Assembly: GCF_006345805.1 (NCBI RefSeq)
Contig: NW_021835112.1
Location: 1-53,846, forward strand
DNA from: Octopus sinensis
Lineage: Eukaryota
Reading direction: 5' to 3'
Length of the DNA: 53,846 nt
Shown: positions 35,588-49,017 of the stretch, piece after piece
Layout of the letters: every line of letters begins with the position of its first letter
How positions within the stretch are numbered: the first letter of the stretch is position 1
Translations under genes and position numbers: made by a program
Notes under the pieces: model-generated
Seen by the model: the letters and a program-made list of their open reading frames with translations, nothing else
What the model was told of the DNA's origin: nothing
The model's database searches: none

Positions 35588-37156
35588 AAATAATGTAAAT
35601 AATGAAAATTATTATCAATATGTATAATCTATAATAATAAACTCGAAATTCTATTTGTCTGAGACTTTGTATCTCAGTTTACATTTGCTCTACATAGACA
35701 TATACCATTTTAGAATCAGGATGATCCCAGGATAGAACATCTGCCCTTCATTTGGTTCTTGAACATCCAGCACTGGGATCTGATTTAAAAGCATTCACGT
35801 TGCTATTTCTAGCTGATAAATCTTGGCTGATTCACGCCATTTTCGTTGCCGTTTGTCAGCTGACGTCAGAGATCAAGAGGGATAAAATAACATTTGCTTC
35901 GTTTATTTTACGTCGAGAAATTTGGGACAAATTGGTCAACTGTTGGGATTGGAACCATAGACTGATTATATTAGAGAAATAATTGTCATCCATTCTTAAC
36001 ATCTGCTCAAACACCACTGTGGCATATAGCCATTATAGACGTATTATAGTCATGCTATTTATAACTTTTTAGTTTTGAGCCGCAGGCCCAATTAGCCCAC
36101 CGCAGGAGCTAGCTTGAAAGTTTGCACGGAGTGTGACTCCTAAGCTAGTGATTACTTTTTGAAACATTTGAATGCATTCTAAATTTATGGCAACATCTTA
36201 TTGTAAAGTTTCCATTAAAATTTAATAAAATTAATTTAGAAGTAATTATATAATACATTTCATCAAGGCAAAGATCACATTTGGAATTGCTAATATTGTA
36301 CGACGGTGCATAACTAATAATGGACCACTTTAAATCATACTTAATTTCATCTTTTCGATTTTAAAATATAGTGAATGTTTGTGGTAATGCTATCGTCGAT
36401 AGGGTCCAATACTTCAACTACCAAAGTATATATATAAAGGAGAGGGTGAGAGGTGATAGAGAGAGAAAGCGAGGGAGAAACAGAGAAAGAGAACTATAAG
36501 ATGATATACAGTTATGTTAAAAGAAAGTGTAGTCATAAAGCAATGAAAAACTACTACCTATAAAATTTTTATTTATATATTTTCTCTATTTTAAGCGAAG
36601 AGGACTCTAATTCTATTATGTGTTCCCTGATGAAGGAACTGTTTATATGGGAGATGAACAGGAATACTTTATCCACCCCCAGTAACATTTTTCTCTAAAC
36701 GATCGTAGGATGAGTATTAGAATTTATCTCTGCCATGGAATACCTTTAATATCTTTTAATTAATTACGAATATTGTAACATATTGATCGTATATCTATAA
36801 CTTTCTTCCTTCTTGTTTCTAGCACGGATGTATCGAGTTTAGGCACTCGCACACCATTTTATATTTTTGTTATATGTTCACGTACATTTTTATATGTTCA
36901 TATGGGTATTTTTATGTATTTTTATGTAATTCTGTATACGCATATATATTTTTTACGGTTTTATGAGATTTGCCTTAAATAATCCGATGTTATAAAGGAA
37001 AATTGCTTATCGATTACCTGGCTTTTGTGTCTTCTAGCAATGCCTGTATTATTTATATAGCTCATATTCTGAGCACTATATAGTTGGTCTATACACGGTA
37101 TTAATTCCTTCATTATTTCCTTGTTGAGTATATAGACAGTTTGGTGGCTTCTTTCT

Positions 37157-37212
37157 CTGAAGACTGCCAGAATGATGTAGACGTCTCTGAAGAGAACTCA
37201 ATGAGTTCGATT
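37157..37212 (+). ncRNA. Tandem hammerhead-like relics
   Basis: CTGAAGA at 37157 and 37187; the second is followed by a perfect GAACTC[AAT]GAGTTC stem II, then GATT instead of GAAA. Confidence 0.4.
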
Positions 37213-37572
37213 AAGGTTGTTCATCATATTTTTCAGTCTGCGGAGAAATGGCTAAAATTCACCCTGTTTACGCCATATGTTCCACACACACACAACACAC
37301 CACAAACCACACACACACACACACACACAACACACACACAACACACACACACACCTATATATATATATATATATATATAATATATTATTATATATATATA
37401 TAGCGAAAGAGTAGGGAGAAGAGAGATACAGACAGAAAGAGAGAGAATATAAGGATAAAAATCACGTTGATGATTTCTATCAAGTAGTCAGCATGCTATA
37501 AAAATTTATAGGCAATTAATATATTAAATTGATAATAATGTACATATATATATATATAATCATATGTGTGTA

Positions 37573-37611
<39 letters not shown>

Positions 37612-37878
37612 GTACAGGATTGGCCAAAAGTCACTCAACAGTAAATCAAAATTAAATACTGTCTGTAATTCTGTATTGACTCGAATTTAGAAATGTTTTG
37701 TTCAAGAAGGACTTTAGTTTGAACTATTTTCATGATGTTCCATATTCATTAAGTTATGAATAAATCTTGGAATTTGACATTTGGCCAACTATGTATGTGT
37801 GCGCGTATGTTTGTGTGTGCCTGTGTCTGTGTGTGAGTATGTGTGCGTGTGTGTTGCATGTGTGTTTATGTGTGTATA

Positions 37879-38735
37879 CACGGTGTGATGGGTAAATTGT
37901 CGCCACTTTATATCTTTAATTTCGCGCATGCGCATTATTTTTATCTTATTTTATAGAATATACAGTATATATAGTAGGGTCAGTTGGGCACCATCTGTGA
38001 GAAGAACAGCACCATGATGCAATCTACTCTGCCAGAAATTTGGAAACGACATACTATACTGTTTGGCATTCGCGAGGGAAGCTCCAATACAAATATTTCA
38101 AAGTATTTAGGTGTCAATCTGAGGACATGTACCAAGAGTGATAAAAATCAAACATCCAGTCAACATCATGGTGTTTGGAGTGATCACTTGTGATATCAAA
38201 TTTATGCCACCATTCATCTTCCCACACATTCTCACACTCAACACGGAAGCCTAGATCAAGTGCCTAGTGGAAGTAGTGCTGCCCTGGGTCAAGAGAATGG
38301 CTACTGGAAGACCCTATGTCTGGCAACAGGACTCTGTTCCATTCCAAACAAGCAGGAGAACCTAGTCATAGCTGTCAGACATTTTCTGCGATCACAACAT
38401 CCCTAACATCTGACCACCTAACTTTCCAGACTGCAAACCCCTTAATTATTATGTGTGAGGCGCAGTTGAGCGAAAGACCAACAAATCTCCATGTAACACC
38501 TGATATGTACTGAAGGCAAGTATTATAGCAGCATTCACCAACTTAAAGAAGGAGACCGTCCGTCCAGAAGAGCTGCAGGAGATTCCGATGTCGTCTGGAG
38601 GCCATTTATTGAATAAATTTACTCATTAATATTTCAAGATATTTATATTTTTGGTAAATATATCTGTTGAAATAAGACGTCAGTGTTATTTTCATTTTTG
38701 CGTAATTTAGACGACAGTTTATTCACCACACCCTG
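37879..38735 (+). mobile_element. maT-like (DD37D) Tc1/mariner element, internally deleted, with TIRs and TA TSD
   Basis: KHPVNIMVFGVI..MPPFIF; YVWQQDSVP then 37 residues to PL(D>N)YYV; TIRs CACGGTGTGATGGGTAAATTGTCG and CGACAGTTTATTCACCACACCCTG, each flanked by TA. Confidence 0.88.
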
Positions 38736-39027
38736 TACATACACACACACACACACTTTGGTATACTTTTAATGCAGTTAGTATTCGTTACAAAACACAA
38801 TATCAAAGTACATACCGCTAACTTATCTACGTTTATGAAAATTTAAGCCCATCTCATTATTGTCACCTTTTTGATGCAAAACGAACGAAAGAAATGTATT
38901 GTGTGTTCACATATATATAATCAAAGTTCCAAAAATATGAATATATTTTTCATAACATTTTCTCTAAATGCACTTCAGATAATGTAGATTCCGATTATAG
39001 CAGAATTTATTGTGAAAATGTTTTTCC

Positions 39028-39417
39028 GGGGTGTGGGGAGAGGAGTTTCGGGAAATTCACACAAGTCGGCTTTGTTTTCTCATAATTTTGGGAAAATTGG
39101 TATTTTTAAATGAAATTTTCGACAAATCTCTTTCAGAATGTACGAATTGGGATTATATCCGAATATGAAATGGAAAGAAAAATGGTGGGCACGAAATTTG
39201 AGGTTTTATTTTGCAGATATATGTGATGTATGTGAACATATATGTGATGTATGTGAACAAGTACACCATTTTTTCTCATATTAAATTCTGATATAATCGT
39301 AATTTTCACACTCTAAAACGTACTACACACTCTAAAAGGCATGTCCATTTTTCAGAAAGTTATGAGAAAACAAAAGTGCCTCGCATGAATTTTCCGAAAT
39401 TCCTCTCTCAACCCACC
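39028..39417. mobile_element. MITE-like element with ~73-bp imperfect TIRs
   Basis: GGGTGTGGGGAGAGGAGTTTCGGGAAATTCA..TTTGTTTTCTCATAATTTT (39028-39100) matches the reverse complement of 39345-39417. Confidence 0.75.
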
Positions 39418-39857
39418 AAATGTATCCATTTTTCTGGAAGCTGGAGGAAAAGACATTCGGGGAAGCACAAATGTGTAGATATGTCAAGCAATGAAATATT
39501 AATTCTAAGTAGAACACCGGGAAAGCAACAGATGAAAATGTAAAATTTAAAGCAAACAGCTGTAAGATGAATTATTGCAAAGCACTTGTTGACAGAATGT
39601 TCATTTAATATTAAAAAACAAGGATGAATAAATGAAGAATATTAACTGGAAAAAAGACAATGAAACATAAATAATAGAAGTTGTAGAAATATTCGAACAA
39701 GTACAAATTTAAGTGGTAGGTTACTTGTGTTCGTGCATGCACATAAACTATTGTCCAGTCATAAATACTTCACTCCGGCCGGCGCCATGTTACTGTATAT
39801 CATTACGCATGCGTTAGCAGAAGTTCATAATAATCATGATAGATAGATAAATAGTTT

Positions 39858-40620
39858 TTGGATGTACTCCTAAAAACTTTGTTCCCTTTAATACCCAGTT
39901 ATGTCCTGGATGGCATAGATTTCATCCAACACATCCCTCCCACTGTCGCAGTTTTGCTGTCACCAATCTCTATACTAATATACCTCACACCTTAGGTCTA
40001 GAAGCAATCAAACACTGGGAAGAGAAACATAGTGGACGGATAAATGAACGCTTCAAAACCGACTTCATCACCAAGGCTACACAGCTAGTACTAGAAGAAA
40101 ATACCTTTAGATTCGACAATAAAACATTTCGGCAGACAAAGGGCTCGGCTATGGGTACGCGATTTGCGCCTTCATATGCAAACTTAGTTGTGGGATACTT
40201 GGAACAAAAACTTTATGACGAAGTAGAAAAATCAAGAATACAAGAAAAATATCATTAAAAAATGGAAACGTTTCCTTGAGGATTGCTTCATCTTCTGGGA
40301 CAGATCGAATGAAGATCTAAGTATATTTAACAATATACTGAACACACTTCACCCATCCATAAAATTCATGACGGAATCCAGTTGCAATGAATTACCATTC
40401 CTGGATATCCACATAAAAAAAAGCTCTACAGTCACAACAAACGTATTTTACGAAAAAACTGACACACACTAATATTTAAATTTCTAATCTTGCCATCCAT
40501 CACACAACAAAAGAAAAATTCCATACAGCATGGCAAAACGCATCTGTGCTATAGTGACTGACTCCAAAATACATGAAATCCAACACAATAAACTCAAAGG
40601 CTTCCTCACAATGCAGAAAT
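39858..40620 (+). mobile_element. PLE reverse transcriptase pseudogene (Neptune-like)
   Basis: SFAVTNLYTNIPH; QTKGSAMGTRFAPSYANL; WKRFLEDCF (YxDD position); KFMTE..LPFLDI; KTDTH*YL..SCHPSH.KRKIPYSMAKRIC. Frameshifts at ~39950 and ~40245. Confidence 0.92.
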
Positions 40621-40669
40621 ACCCCTTGAAATTTAAATTGAATTTTAAATTTAAGTCTAAATTTTGATT

Positions 40670-40759
40670 TTAACTTACACACACACGCACGCATGAACAC
40701 ACACTTACACATACAAGCATACCACACACACACATACACACATACACACACACACACAC

Positions 40760-40820
<61 letters not shown>
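40670..40820. repeat. (CA)/(TA) microsatellite truncating the PLE RT
   Basis: Directly visible. Confidence 0.95.
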
Positions 40821-40822
<2 letters not shown>

Positions 40823-40964
40823 ACTCGTCAACAACAAAAATGAGCCCAAACAGCATCACACAGTTAAAGGTACAATCGATGCATAAGGAAAATGAGTGTA
40901 CGATTACAGGAGGAAGAAGAAAGAGGGCTGGTAACAGTAACTCAACGGAAAGAAAGGAAAAATA

Positions 40965-41185
40965 ATATCATGGGTTAACTGCAGACATAAGTAGGAATGC
41001 AGTTTTAACAACAACTGCATGACAAGGAATGTAGTGTACAATTGTGAGGTAAAGATAGTTACGCAAAAATACGTGTACATTGGTGGCACCGGAGACACCA
41101 TGAAAAGTCGTCTGAAAAACCATCTGTCATCATTTTCGAATATAGATAAAAGACAATCGCCATTTCTGTTGAACCACGTCTAGAG
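40965..41185 (+). mobile_element. PLE GIY-YIG endonuclease fragment (Naiad-like)
   Basis: NCRHK*ECSFNNNCMTRNVVYNCEV..YVYIGGTGDTMKSRLKNHLSSF. Confidence 0.8.
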
Positions 41186-41189
41186 ACTA

Positions 41190-41850
41190 CTGCCCCACCT
41201 TCATAGATCAATAAGTTAGTGTCTCCTACATTTTTAGTATCTATCCCCTACTGATTACAGAATATACTTTCCTAGTTATTTCTAGCAGCTTCCTTTTATT
41301 GGTGTATTTTAACGCTGGCAGCTTTTTTCTTACTTCTTTACACATTACTTCCTGCAATTCATCTAAAATCTTCTGATCTTCTTAATTTAAATCACTTAAG
41401 TCGTTTGTAGCGCTATTGTTATTTTTTTCCTTTAGGCTTTTCTTTGATCCGAGCTGTATCTCTTGTGTTGTCTTTCCTATTGCCTTGTCCCTGGTCTTTC
41501 TTTTCCAGTTCTCTTGTAATCTTTTCTACCCCATATTCTGTTATCTACTTCTTCCCCTAAAAGTATTAACTTGATCAACTAATCTCTGCTTAGTCCCTTT
41601 AAACATGCCCTTCCCTAACCGAAGTGTTTGCATCCGTTTTCACTTTCTAAGTAGCACTGCATCACTTCTGTTTCTTTGCTGGTCCACTTCCTCCTCTTTG
41701 CTCTATTATCTGCTGATACTGCTTTAGGATAACAGCTGTGGTCAGTCTGCATCATTACTGAACCACTGCCGAACGAGATGCCTTCTCTTAAAGGTCCAGC
41801 TTCATTTCGCTGTTTCGGAAACTCCTCTTTCTCATAAACTGAGGTATGGT
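41190..41850 (-). mobile_element. R4/Dong N-terminal fragment
   Basis: KRRKWTSKE.EVMQCYLES; TKQRLVDQV; KLLEITRKVYSVI..IDTKNVGDTNLLIYEGGAV. Confidence 0.75.
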
Positions 41851-42199
41851 TACTTTCGTTACCAACGTCATCACTATTACTATTTTTCTGCTCCTGAAAG
41901 TTTCAAGCAACTTTCTATTGCATCAATTGTTGCACCTTTGTGTTGGAGGCGTGGTGTGTGCTGCAGTGTTTGGGGAGAGTGGATATTGTATTGTATCAGT
42001 ACGTTTTGTTATGGGGTTTGGTTTGAGTTTTTGGTGTATTGGTTTTTACATTGTGTGTTGCTTTTGTAGCACAGGTTGGGCTCGTCTGTCGGTATCGAGC
42101 TTCTATGGCACATGTGGGTTTTGTTCATTTTGTTGGGTATTTACAGTATGAGTTTATTCTTGTATGTTTTTGGAGAGTTGTTGCATAGAAGTGTGTATG

Positions 42200-42202
42200 T
42201 GT

Positions 42203-42243
<41 letters not shown>

Positions 42244-42452
42244 ACTCATAAATCACTATTTTATAGTATTTATGGTTATCCGTTCACCCTACCTTCTCTT
42301 TTTTGGTTTGTTATTGTTTTTATTATCATGTTCTTCTTTTCTTCTTCTTCTTCTTCTTCTTCTTCTTCTTCTCTTCTTCTCTTCTTGTTCTTCTTCTTCT
42401 TGTTCTTCTTCTTCTTCTTCTTCTTCTTCTTCTCTTCGTTTCTTCTTTCTTC

Positions 42453-42483
<31 letters not shown>

Positions 42484-42500
42484 GATTATTATTATTATTA
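42200..42500. repeat. (TG), (TTC)n and (ATT)n microsatellites
   Basis: Directly visible. Confidence 0.95.
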
Positions 42501-42844
42501 TTATCTTCATTATATCGGTATAACTTGATCCAACACCCCAAAAACTATTTCACTAGTCAGCATCATTAGAACGTGGCCGGCATAATGGAATAGTAATTTT
42601 ATTTGCTTATTCAAAACGTTACCATAAGCAAATTTAAAATATATATATATTTATCCACACACACCCACACACACGCACGCACACACACACACACACCCAC
42701 ACACACACACACAACACACATGTATATATTCAAATATGATTTAGAAGCATTATCCAACACATATACGCACAATATATGTGTTTTACTAGTTCGCAAAACA
42801 TACACTGTGTGTGTGAGTTCGATTATACATATATATATATATAG

Positions 42845-43000
42845 GACGACGGTGGCTTTCAGTTTCTGTCAACCAAATCCCCGCACATGGTTTTGGTTGG
42901 CCTGAGCCTAAAGGAGACACTTGCCCAAGGTAGTACGCAGTGGTACTGAACCCGGAGGTATGTGGATGGGAAGCAAACTTCTTTCCACACAGTCATTCCA
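42845..43000 (-). mobile_element. tRNA-SINE family A, 5' fragment
   Basis: GGCTTTCAGTTTCTGTCAACCAAATCC..GACACTTGCCCAAGG..GTGGTACTGAACCCGG..TCCACACAGTCATTCC. Confidence 0.75.
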
Positions 43001-43539
43001 GCGCGAGTTGTTTCAAATTTTATTCAAAGTTGGTCAATATTTTACTTGTGACTTTTTACATAGAAATTATTAACTTTAGGCTTATAAGAGTCATTTTCCC
43101 AAAGAACTTTATTTAAATGTGCCAAGTCCGGAGCTTCGATGTATTTCTCATTGTTACCTGTGAACGTCAGATCGGCTCCGATCCAATAGACTGTGATTAA
43201 ACATGCACCAACGCTTTTTCCAGTAGAGTGTATAAACCAACCTGTCCACAGAGAATGGTTTGAGGATAATATTTCTTTTTGTAGTAAGTTAAACAACCAT
43301 ATCGAGGTATGTTCGTCTGATGGTGATCTTTCTGCTGGTTCTGCTGTTGTTGTTTTATGATGGTTGAAAATGCTTAGTTGCGATGAATAGGCCTCTTTCT
43401 GTACGAGAGGCCTGTATGAATAGGCCTCTGTTCTGTCTACACACAACAATAGAAAATGAATGCATCTCAACAATAACTGGCATTTTGAAATGCTCGTGTT
43501 TAGGAATGTATGTTTATAAGTTTATTATTTTGATACTAT

Positions 43540-43745
43540 TTGAAGGCAACGATCTGACTGACTCATTAGTACTCTGTCCAAAACGCTTCGAGGAACTTTA
43601 TCTGTCTTTTCGCTCTGAGTTCAAATTTCGCCCGGATCGACTTTATCTTTTATCCTTTCGGGGCTGATAAAATAAGTACTATTTGAGTTCTGAGGTCGAT
43701 ACAATCGGCTTACTGCCACTATCGAAATTTCTGGCCTTGTGCCAA
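43540..43745 (+). mobile_element. SINE family B, decayed
   Basis: CTGAGTTCAAATTTCGCCCGGATCGACTTT..GATAAAATAAGTAC..CTGGCCTTGTGCC. A minus-strand remnant also lies at ~44125-44223. Confidence 0.65.
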
Positions 43746-44756
43746 AATTTGAAATCGTTATTTTAATAACGTTTAAGAAAAAAGTGGCGATTAGGGCAAA
43801 ATAGTAAATATTACGTTTAGTACCACTTAACGCTCTTTACCTATCTAGTGATAATGATATCAATAATTATAATAATAATCCCAACGAGATCAAGAATATT
43901 ACAAACACTTTTTTCCTATTGAAATATGAGCTATTTTTTGCAAATTAAAATTAACTCTATTTTTAAACTTCCTTCAAATGGGATAGCAGGACTTCTGAGA
44001 CTACTTGCAGAGAAGGAAGTAAATATCTTTAAACCAGAAACTAGTCCCGAATGCTTGCTAAAGACATTCAAAAGGCGAAGCAATGGTTTTAAGCCTAACA
44101 ATCAATTAAGACTACTATCCATGTAGGCTAGGGCGCGATTTGAGCTCTGAAAACAAAGAGTGAGGACAAATCCGCAACACATATCCAGTCCAACGTTCTT
44201 TTAGTTTCGCCGATCCATTGCCTTGGACTGACACTGTTTTATCAAGCACCAAAGTTGATGAGAGGAGTTGAATGAAACCTGAAAGTATGTGTGATATTCA
44301 TGCCTTTAGAGAACACTTACCGTGAAATAAACCAAGCGTAACAACGCCATCGGGTCAACAAGAGACAATATTTTTTTACACTGAAATGCGGGACATTTAA
44401 TCACTAGTTCAAAGTTGCCTTACTTTATTTTATTCTTTCACTCTTTTTATAATGCTCCTTACATGACCTGCTCGTCAGCAGCAAAATATCTCTTTAATGA
44501 TTCATTACGAAAGGAAACACAAATCAGACAGTGTAGGATAAATACATGATGAAAGACATGGTGGTCATGTTTGAATCTGCTTTGATCATAGTTCTGCTGA
44601 AGCGGCGCTGATTCCGTTAAAGCAATAATAATAGTACCAAGAAATTTTTAAAAAACGCACAAGGAGCCTCTACACAATTCCTTAACCTGCTAAAAACAGC
44701 AGCCAATGTCTCTCAAATCCGACTCTGTATTTGAAAAGGAAACATTGCATAGTATT

Positions 44757-45150
44757 CTTCTTTTCTTTTATCCTTTTACATCTTTCAACCATTGGACTGC
44801 GGGCATACTGGAGCACAGCCGTGAGGAGTTTTAGTCGAACAAATTGACCCCAAGACTTATTTTTAAAGCCTACTATTTATTCTATCAGCTTCTTTTGCTG
44901 AACCGCTAGTTACGGAGACGTACACATATCAACACCGGTTGTTAAACCGTTGCTTGGTGATGGATAGAGATAAACACAGACACAGAGACATAGGCACATA
45001 AATACATACATTAATATATGTGTGTGTTTGTGTGTGTGTGTGTGTCCGATGGGCTTCTTTCAGTTTCTACCAAATCCACTCTCAAGGTTTGAGGCTTTAA
45101 GTAGAAGACACTTGCCCGAAACCATATGGTTGGGAAGCAAGCTAAGTGTA
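44757..45150 (-). mobile_element. tRNA-SINE family A, near full length, with internal (TG)n
   Basis: Head (GACACTTGCCC..GGTTGGGAAGCAAG), body (GAACCGCTAGTTACGG..CAACACCGGTTGT) and 3' part (GACTGCGGGCATACTGGAGCAC..TTTAGTCGAAC). Confidence 0.75.
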
Positions 45151-46734
45151 TTCCTAAATTCACTATATCTGGAAAAATTAGAAGACGAGATAGTCTTAGT
45201 CGAAACATCTTGGATCATAGGTCTACCTCATCAGGACTGATCCCTAAAGGACAATAGCATCTAGTCTTTCTCATTCGCAAAATGAGCTTCCCCTCCTTAA
45301 TTTTCCTCTGATTGCTTTTAATTTTGTTGTATCGATGCAACTCTGAATTTTGATTATGATCAACCAATTACTTTATCTCGTAAATTAAAGAATCTGATGT
45401 TATTTGGAATTAAAGTTTGGAAATTTGGGTAATTTTAGCCAATCAACAGATAGCGTGGCATTAGCAGCTTGTTACCATGATAACTGCATGCTGTGTTGTG
45501 GTTCACTGTTGTCTGTACCATTGCTGTCTATGTTGATTTTCACACTTAATATTTTTACATATTTTTCATTTCATATATTTTTGGGACTCATTGACTCAGA
45601 CAACTGGATTTATGATTTCATTAGTTTAATTCTATTCATATATATTTAAATTAGTAGGAATGTTTCTTAAACATTTCTACAGCTAAACTGAAATTTAGCA
45701 TACGTAACAAGAACTGAGAGGGATATCGTGTAACAGAGAAACTGCGGGTAATACAAATAATTTGACACTAGTTTCGAATCCTGCATGCAAAAACATATAA
45801 GATATAAGTATTCTTTTTCTTGGAGCAAATTCTTAGTTGACCAGTACCATTACAAATCCAAGCATGAAAACGTTACTCAACTTTGGAGTTTTGGAGATAG
45901 ACGCCCTCTTTTCATACACACAAACACACACACGCACGCACTTAAATATCAATGATGTACATGGCAGGTATACATAATATTGGTGTACACATAAAGTAAA
46001 CACATGCAGACAAATATATTATATAACAAATTTTAAAAAATTATAAAAAAACATACAATCAATGAAGAGACAAAAGAAACAGTAATATGATACATGTTGA
46101 TTTTGGGTATTTCTGTTTATTTAGAAACCTACAATGAACAGGTCAGACACTAAACTATAAATTTTACAGGGTACAACCTAAAAGTTGACATCGCACCGCT
46201 AAACGCAGAAAATTTCTGTCCCACTATTGGCTAAAAATACCCAGTTTTTTTTTCAATTTTCACGCCTCTGTAACTTTTCACTCCAATTTTTTTTTCTCCA
46301 CAACATCATATCCTCAAAGCAATGAGACTGGAAAGCTAAATTATTATCGCCAATTTTCAGATTTTTTAACTTCCTTTTAATAAAAGCATATTTGGGGAAT
46401 GAAAAAAACTAAATCCGAACAATAAAAAACAACAAAAGATAAGAATAATATCAAAGAGGCCTCTGTTCATCAAAATATACTTTTCATTATTCCTCCTGTT
46501 GAAAATTTTATCCAAGACCGTTCGAAGCACAAGAAACAACGAACAAAATATTTGTCGCTTCCACACGAATCGTTTCCCCGCTTACTTTCCCAGAGCTTCT
46601 CCAAAGAACATTGACTATAATTTCATCGAATATTTTTACTGTCCTTGCGATGCAAGGTAAAAAATATTGCAGTTTAATGTTCTTTTTTTTTTTCTGTGCA
46701 GAAGATATTTCAGAATCTTCTCTTTTGCTCCTCG

Positions 46735-47125
46735 TCCTCCTCGTCGTCTTCGTCGTCGTCATCATCATCGTCGTCATCATCATCATCATCATCATCATCA
46801 CCATCATCACCATCATCATCATCGTTGTCGTTGTCGTCATCACTGCCATCATTATCATCATTATCATTTTCATAAATATCACCATGATGCCTATCTTTGG
46901 CGTCATGTTCTTGTTTTTGTAGTTGCATTTTTTTTTCCTGCGATCTATCATAAATATTGCAATGATCACAACTCTTTTTTATAATTTTCTTATCATTTTA
47001 TCGTCAGTGTCATCCGCATCAATATCAACACCATCCCCTGGAACTACACCCTCGTCTTCCTCATCTTCCTCCGCCTCCTCCGCCTCATCATCATCATCAT
47101 CATTATCAGCACCATCATAACCTTT

Positions 47126-47192
<67 letters not shown>

Positions 47193-47209
47193 CCATCATC
47201 ATCATCACC

Positions 47210-47240
<31 letters not shown>
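46735..47240. repeat. (CAT)/(CGT) trinucleotide blocks
   Basis: Directly visible. Confidence 0.95.
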
Positions 47241-47241
<1 letters not shown>

Positions 47242-48179
47242 AATATTAATCATCAGTATTATTTCCAATATTACCGTAATTTTCATCGCCACTCTTAATC
47301 ACCGCAACCATTAACAAATACGTCAAGAAAAACAATATGAACAACAAATGAAACAATAACGACGATTAACAACAAGACAAAATCATCATCAAGAACAACA
47401 ACAACTTCATAATTATGTTCATAATGATGGTGATGATGTTGATCATCATCACCAACGTTTTATTCATCAGTTCTGTCGTTTTAAACGTGAATGTGGAATA
47501 GGAAATTAAAAAAAGAGAAAAAATATAAAAATATATTGTCAGAAAATAAATAGATAAATACAATAACATCCTTTCTTTAGAATTCATTGTCTGTTAGTGG
47601 AGCTGAGACAAACAGATTCCACCTTCTCGCCTCTTCCCCCTTTCCTTCTCCCCTATCTCTCTCTCCCCTCTCTCTCCCCCTTTCTCTCTCTCTCACTTGC
47701 TCTCCTTCTGCCTTCTCACTTCATTGTTTGTCTCCGCTCAGATGCGATTCCACAGAAAATTCTGCTAGAACGAATGATAAGAGCTTTCTAAAAGTATAAT
47801 GTAAATGGCGTTTCGGCTAAGGACTTGTATTGGCGAAAGTCTTGAACAGAAGAGTGGAGAGAGAATGACGGAAGGTTTTATGAATGTTGTGACATGACCA
47901 ATAAAATAAGACCATAGCTTAGATATGTAAGCGGGCATATCTTTGTGTTAGTGCCTTTGAATGTGTGCATCAGCTTGTATGTGCGTAGAGAAGTATATAT
48001 CTGGAGGCAAGTATGTGAGTAAATTATATTTGTATGCATACATGTTTGTTTGTGTCTATATATGTGTATGTGTATGAATACACACACACATGTATACGCC
48101 TGTATACGCATGAACGTAAGGTGTATATAAATGTGTGCATGCTTCTCTCGGTGTGTCTTTTCTTAAGTATTTAATGTGT

Positions 48180-48315
48180 GAACGTATATATATCTATATA
48201 TATATATATATAATATATATATATATTATATATATATATACATATATATATATACATATATATAACATATATGTATGTATGTATGTACGTACGTATGTAT
48301 GTATGTATGTATGTA

Positions 48316-48346
<31 letters not shown>

Positions 48347-48585
48347 ATGTATGTATGTATGTATGTATGATGTATGTATGTATGTATGTATGTAATGTTG
48401 CTTCGAATGTTATAGAATATGCGTGCATATATCTGTGTACGTATATGATAGCTCTATATGTACGTGTGTGTATGTATAATGATTTTTATATGTGAGTGAG
48501 AGGTGAGTAAATGATTGTCTGATAATGTAACGAATGAATACGCATGTTTCAAAATGCCAGAGAGAAACAGAGAGAGAGAGGGGGG

Positions 48586-48637
<52 letters not shown>

Positions 48638-48960
48638 TGAGAGAGAGAGACAAAACGAGTGAGTAAAAGAGAGAGATAGAAGGAGTCGGGAGAAAATGAA
48701 GGAACAGCAAGCATTTTAATGTGTAATTATATGGAGAAATCAGTTCTGTATATGTGAGGTCGGTTGTGTGAAGGCGTATGCCTTTGTAAATATGTGCGTT
48801 TGGATGTGTCTGTATGCTTAGGTCTACGTATGCACCTTTCAGGAATTTATGTGTGAATTTGTGCGACAGAATAATTATTTAAAATGCAAGCGTAGATGTA
48901 TGTTTATGTATGAGAGCACATAAGTGTGTATATGTGGGGGCCTACACATATATCTATCTT

Positions 48961-49017
<57 letters not shown>

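Noticed and set aside
36628-36670. CTGATGA with a CTGTT/AACAG hairpin
   Set aside because: Five extra nucleotides before the stem, GAAT instead of GAAA, no stem I or III.
44400-44482. CTGACGA..GAAA on the minus strand
   Set aside because: No stem II pairing; chance occurrence.
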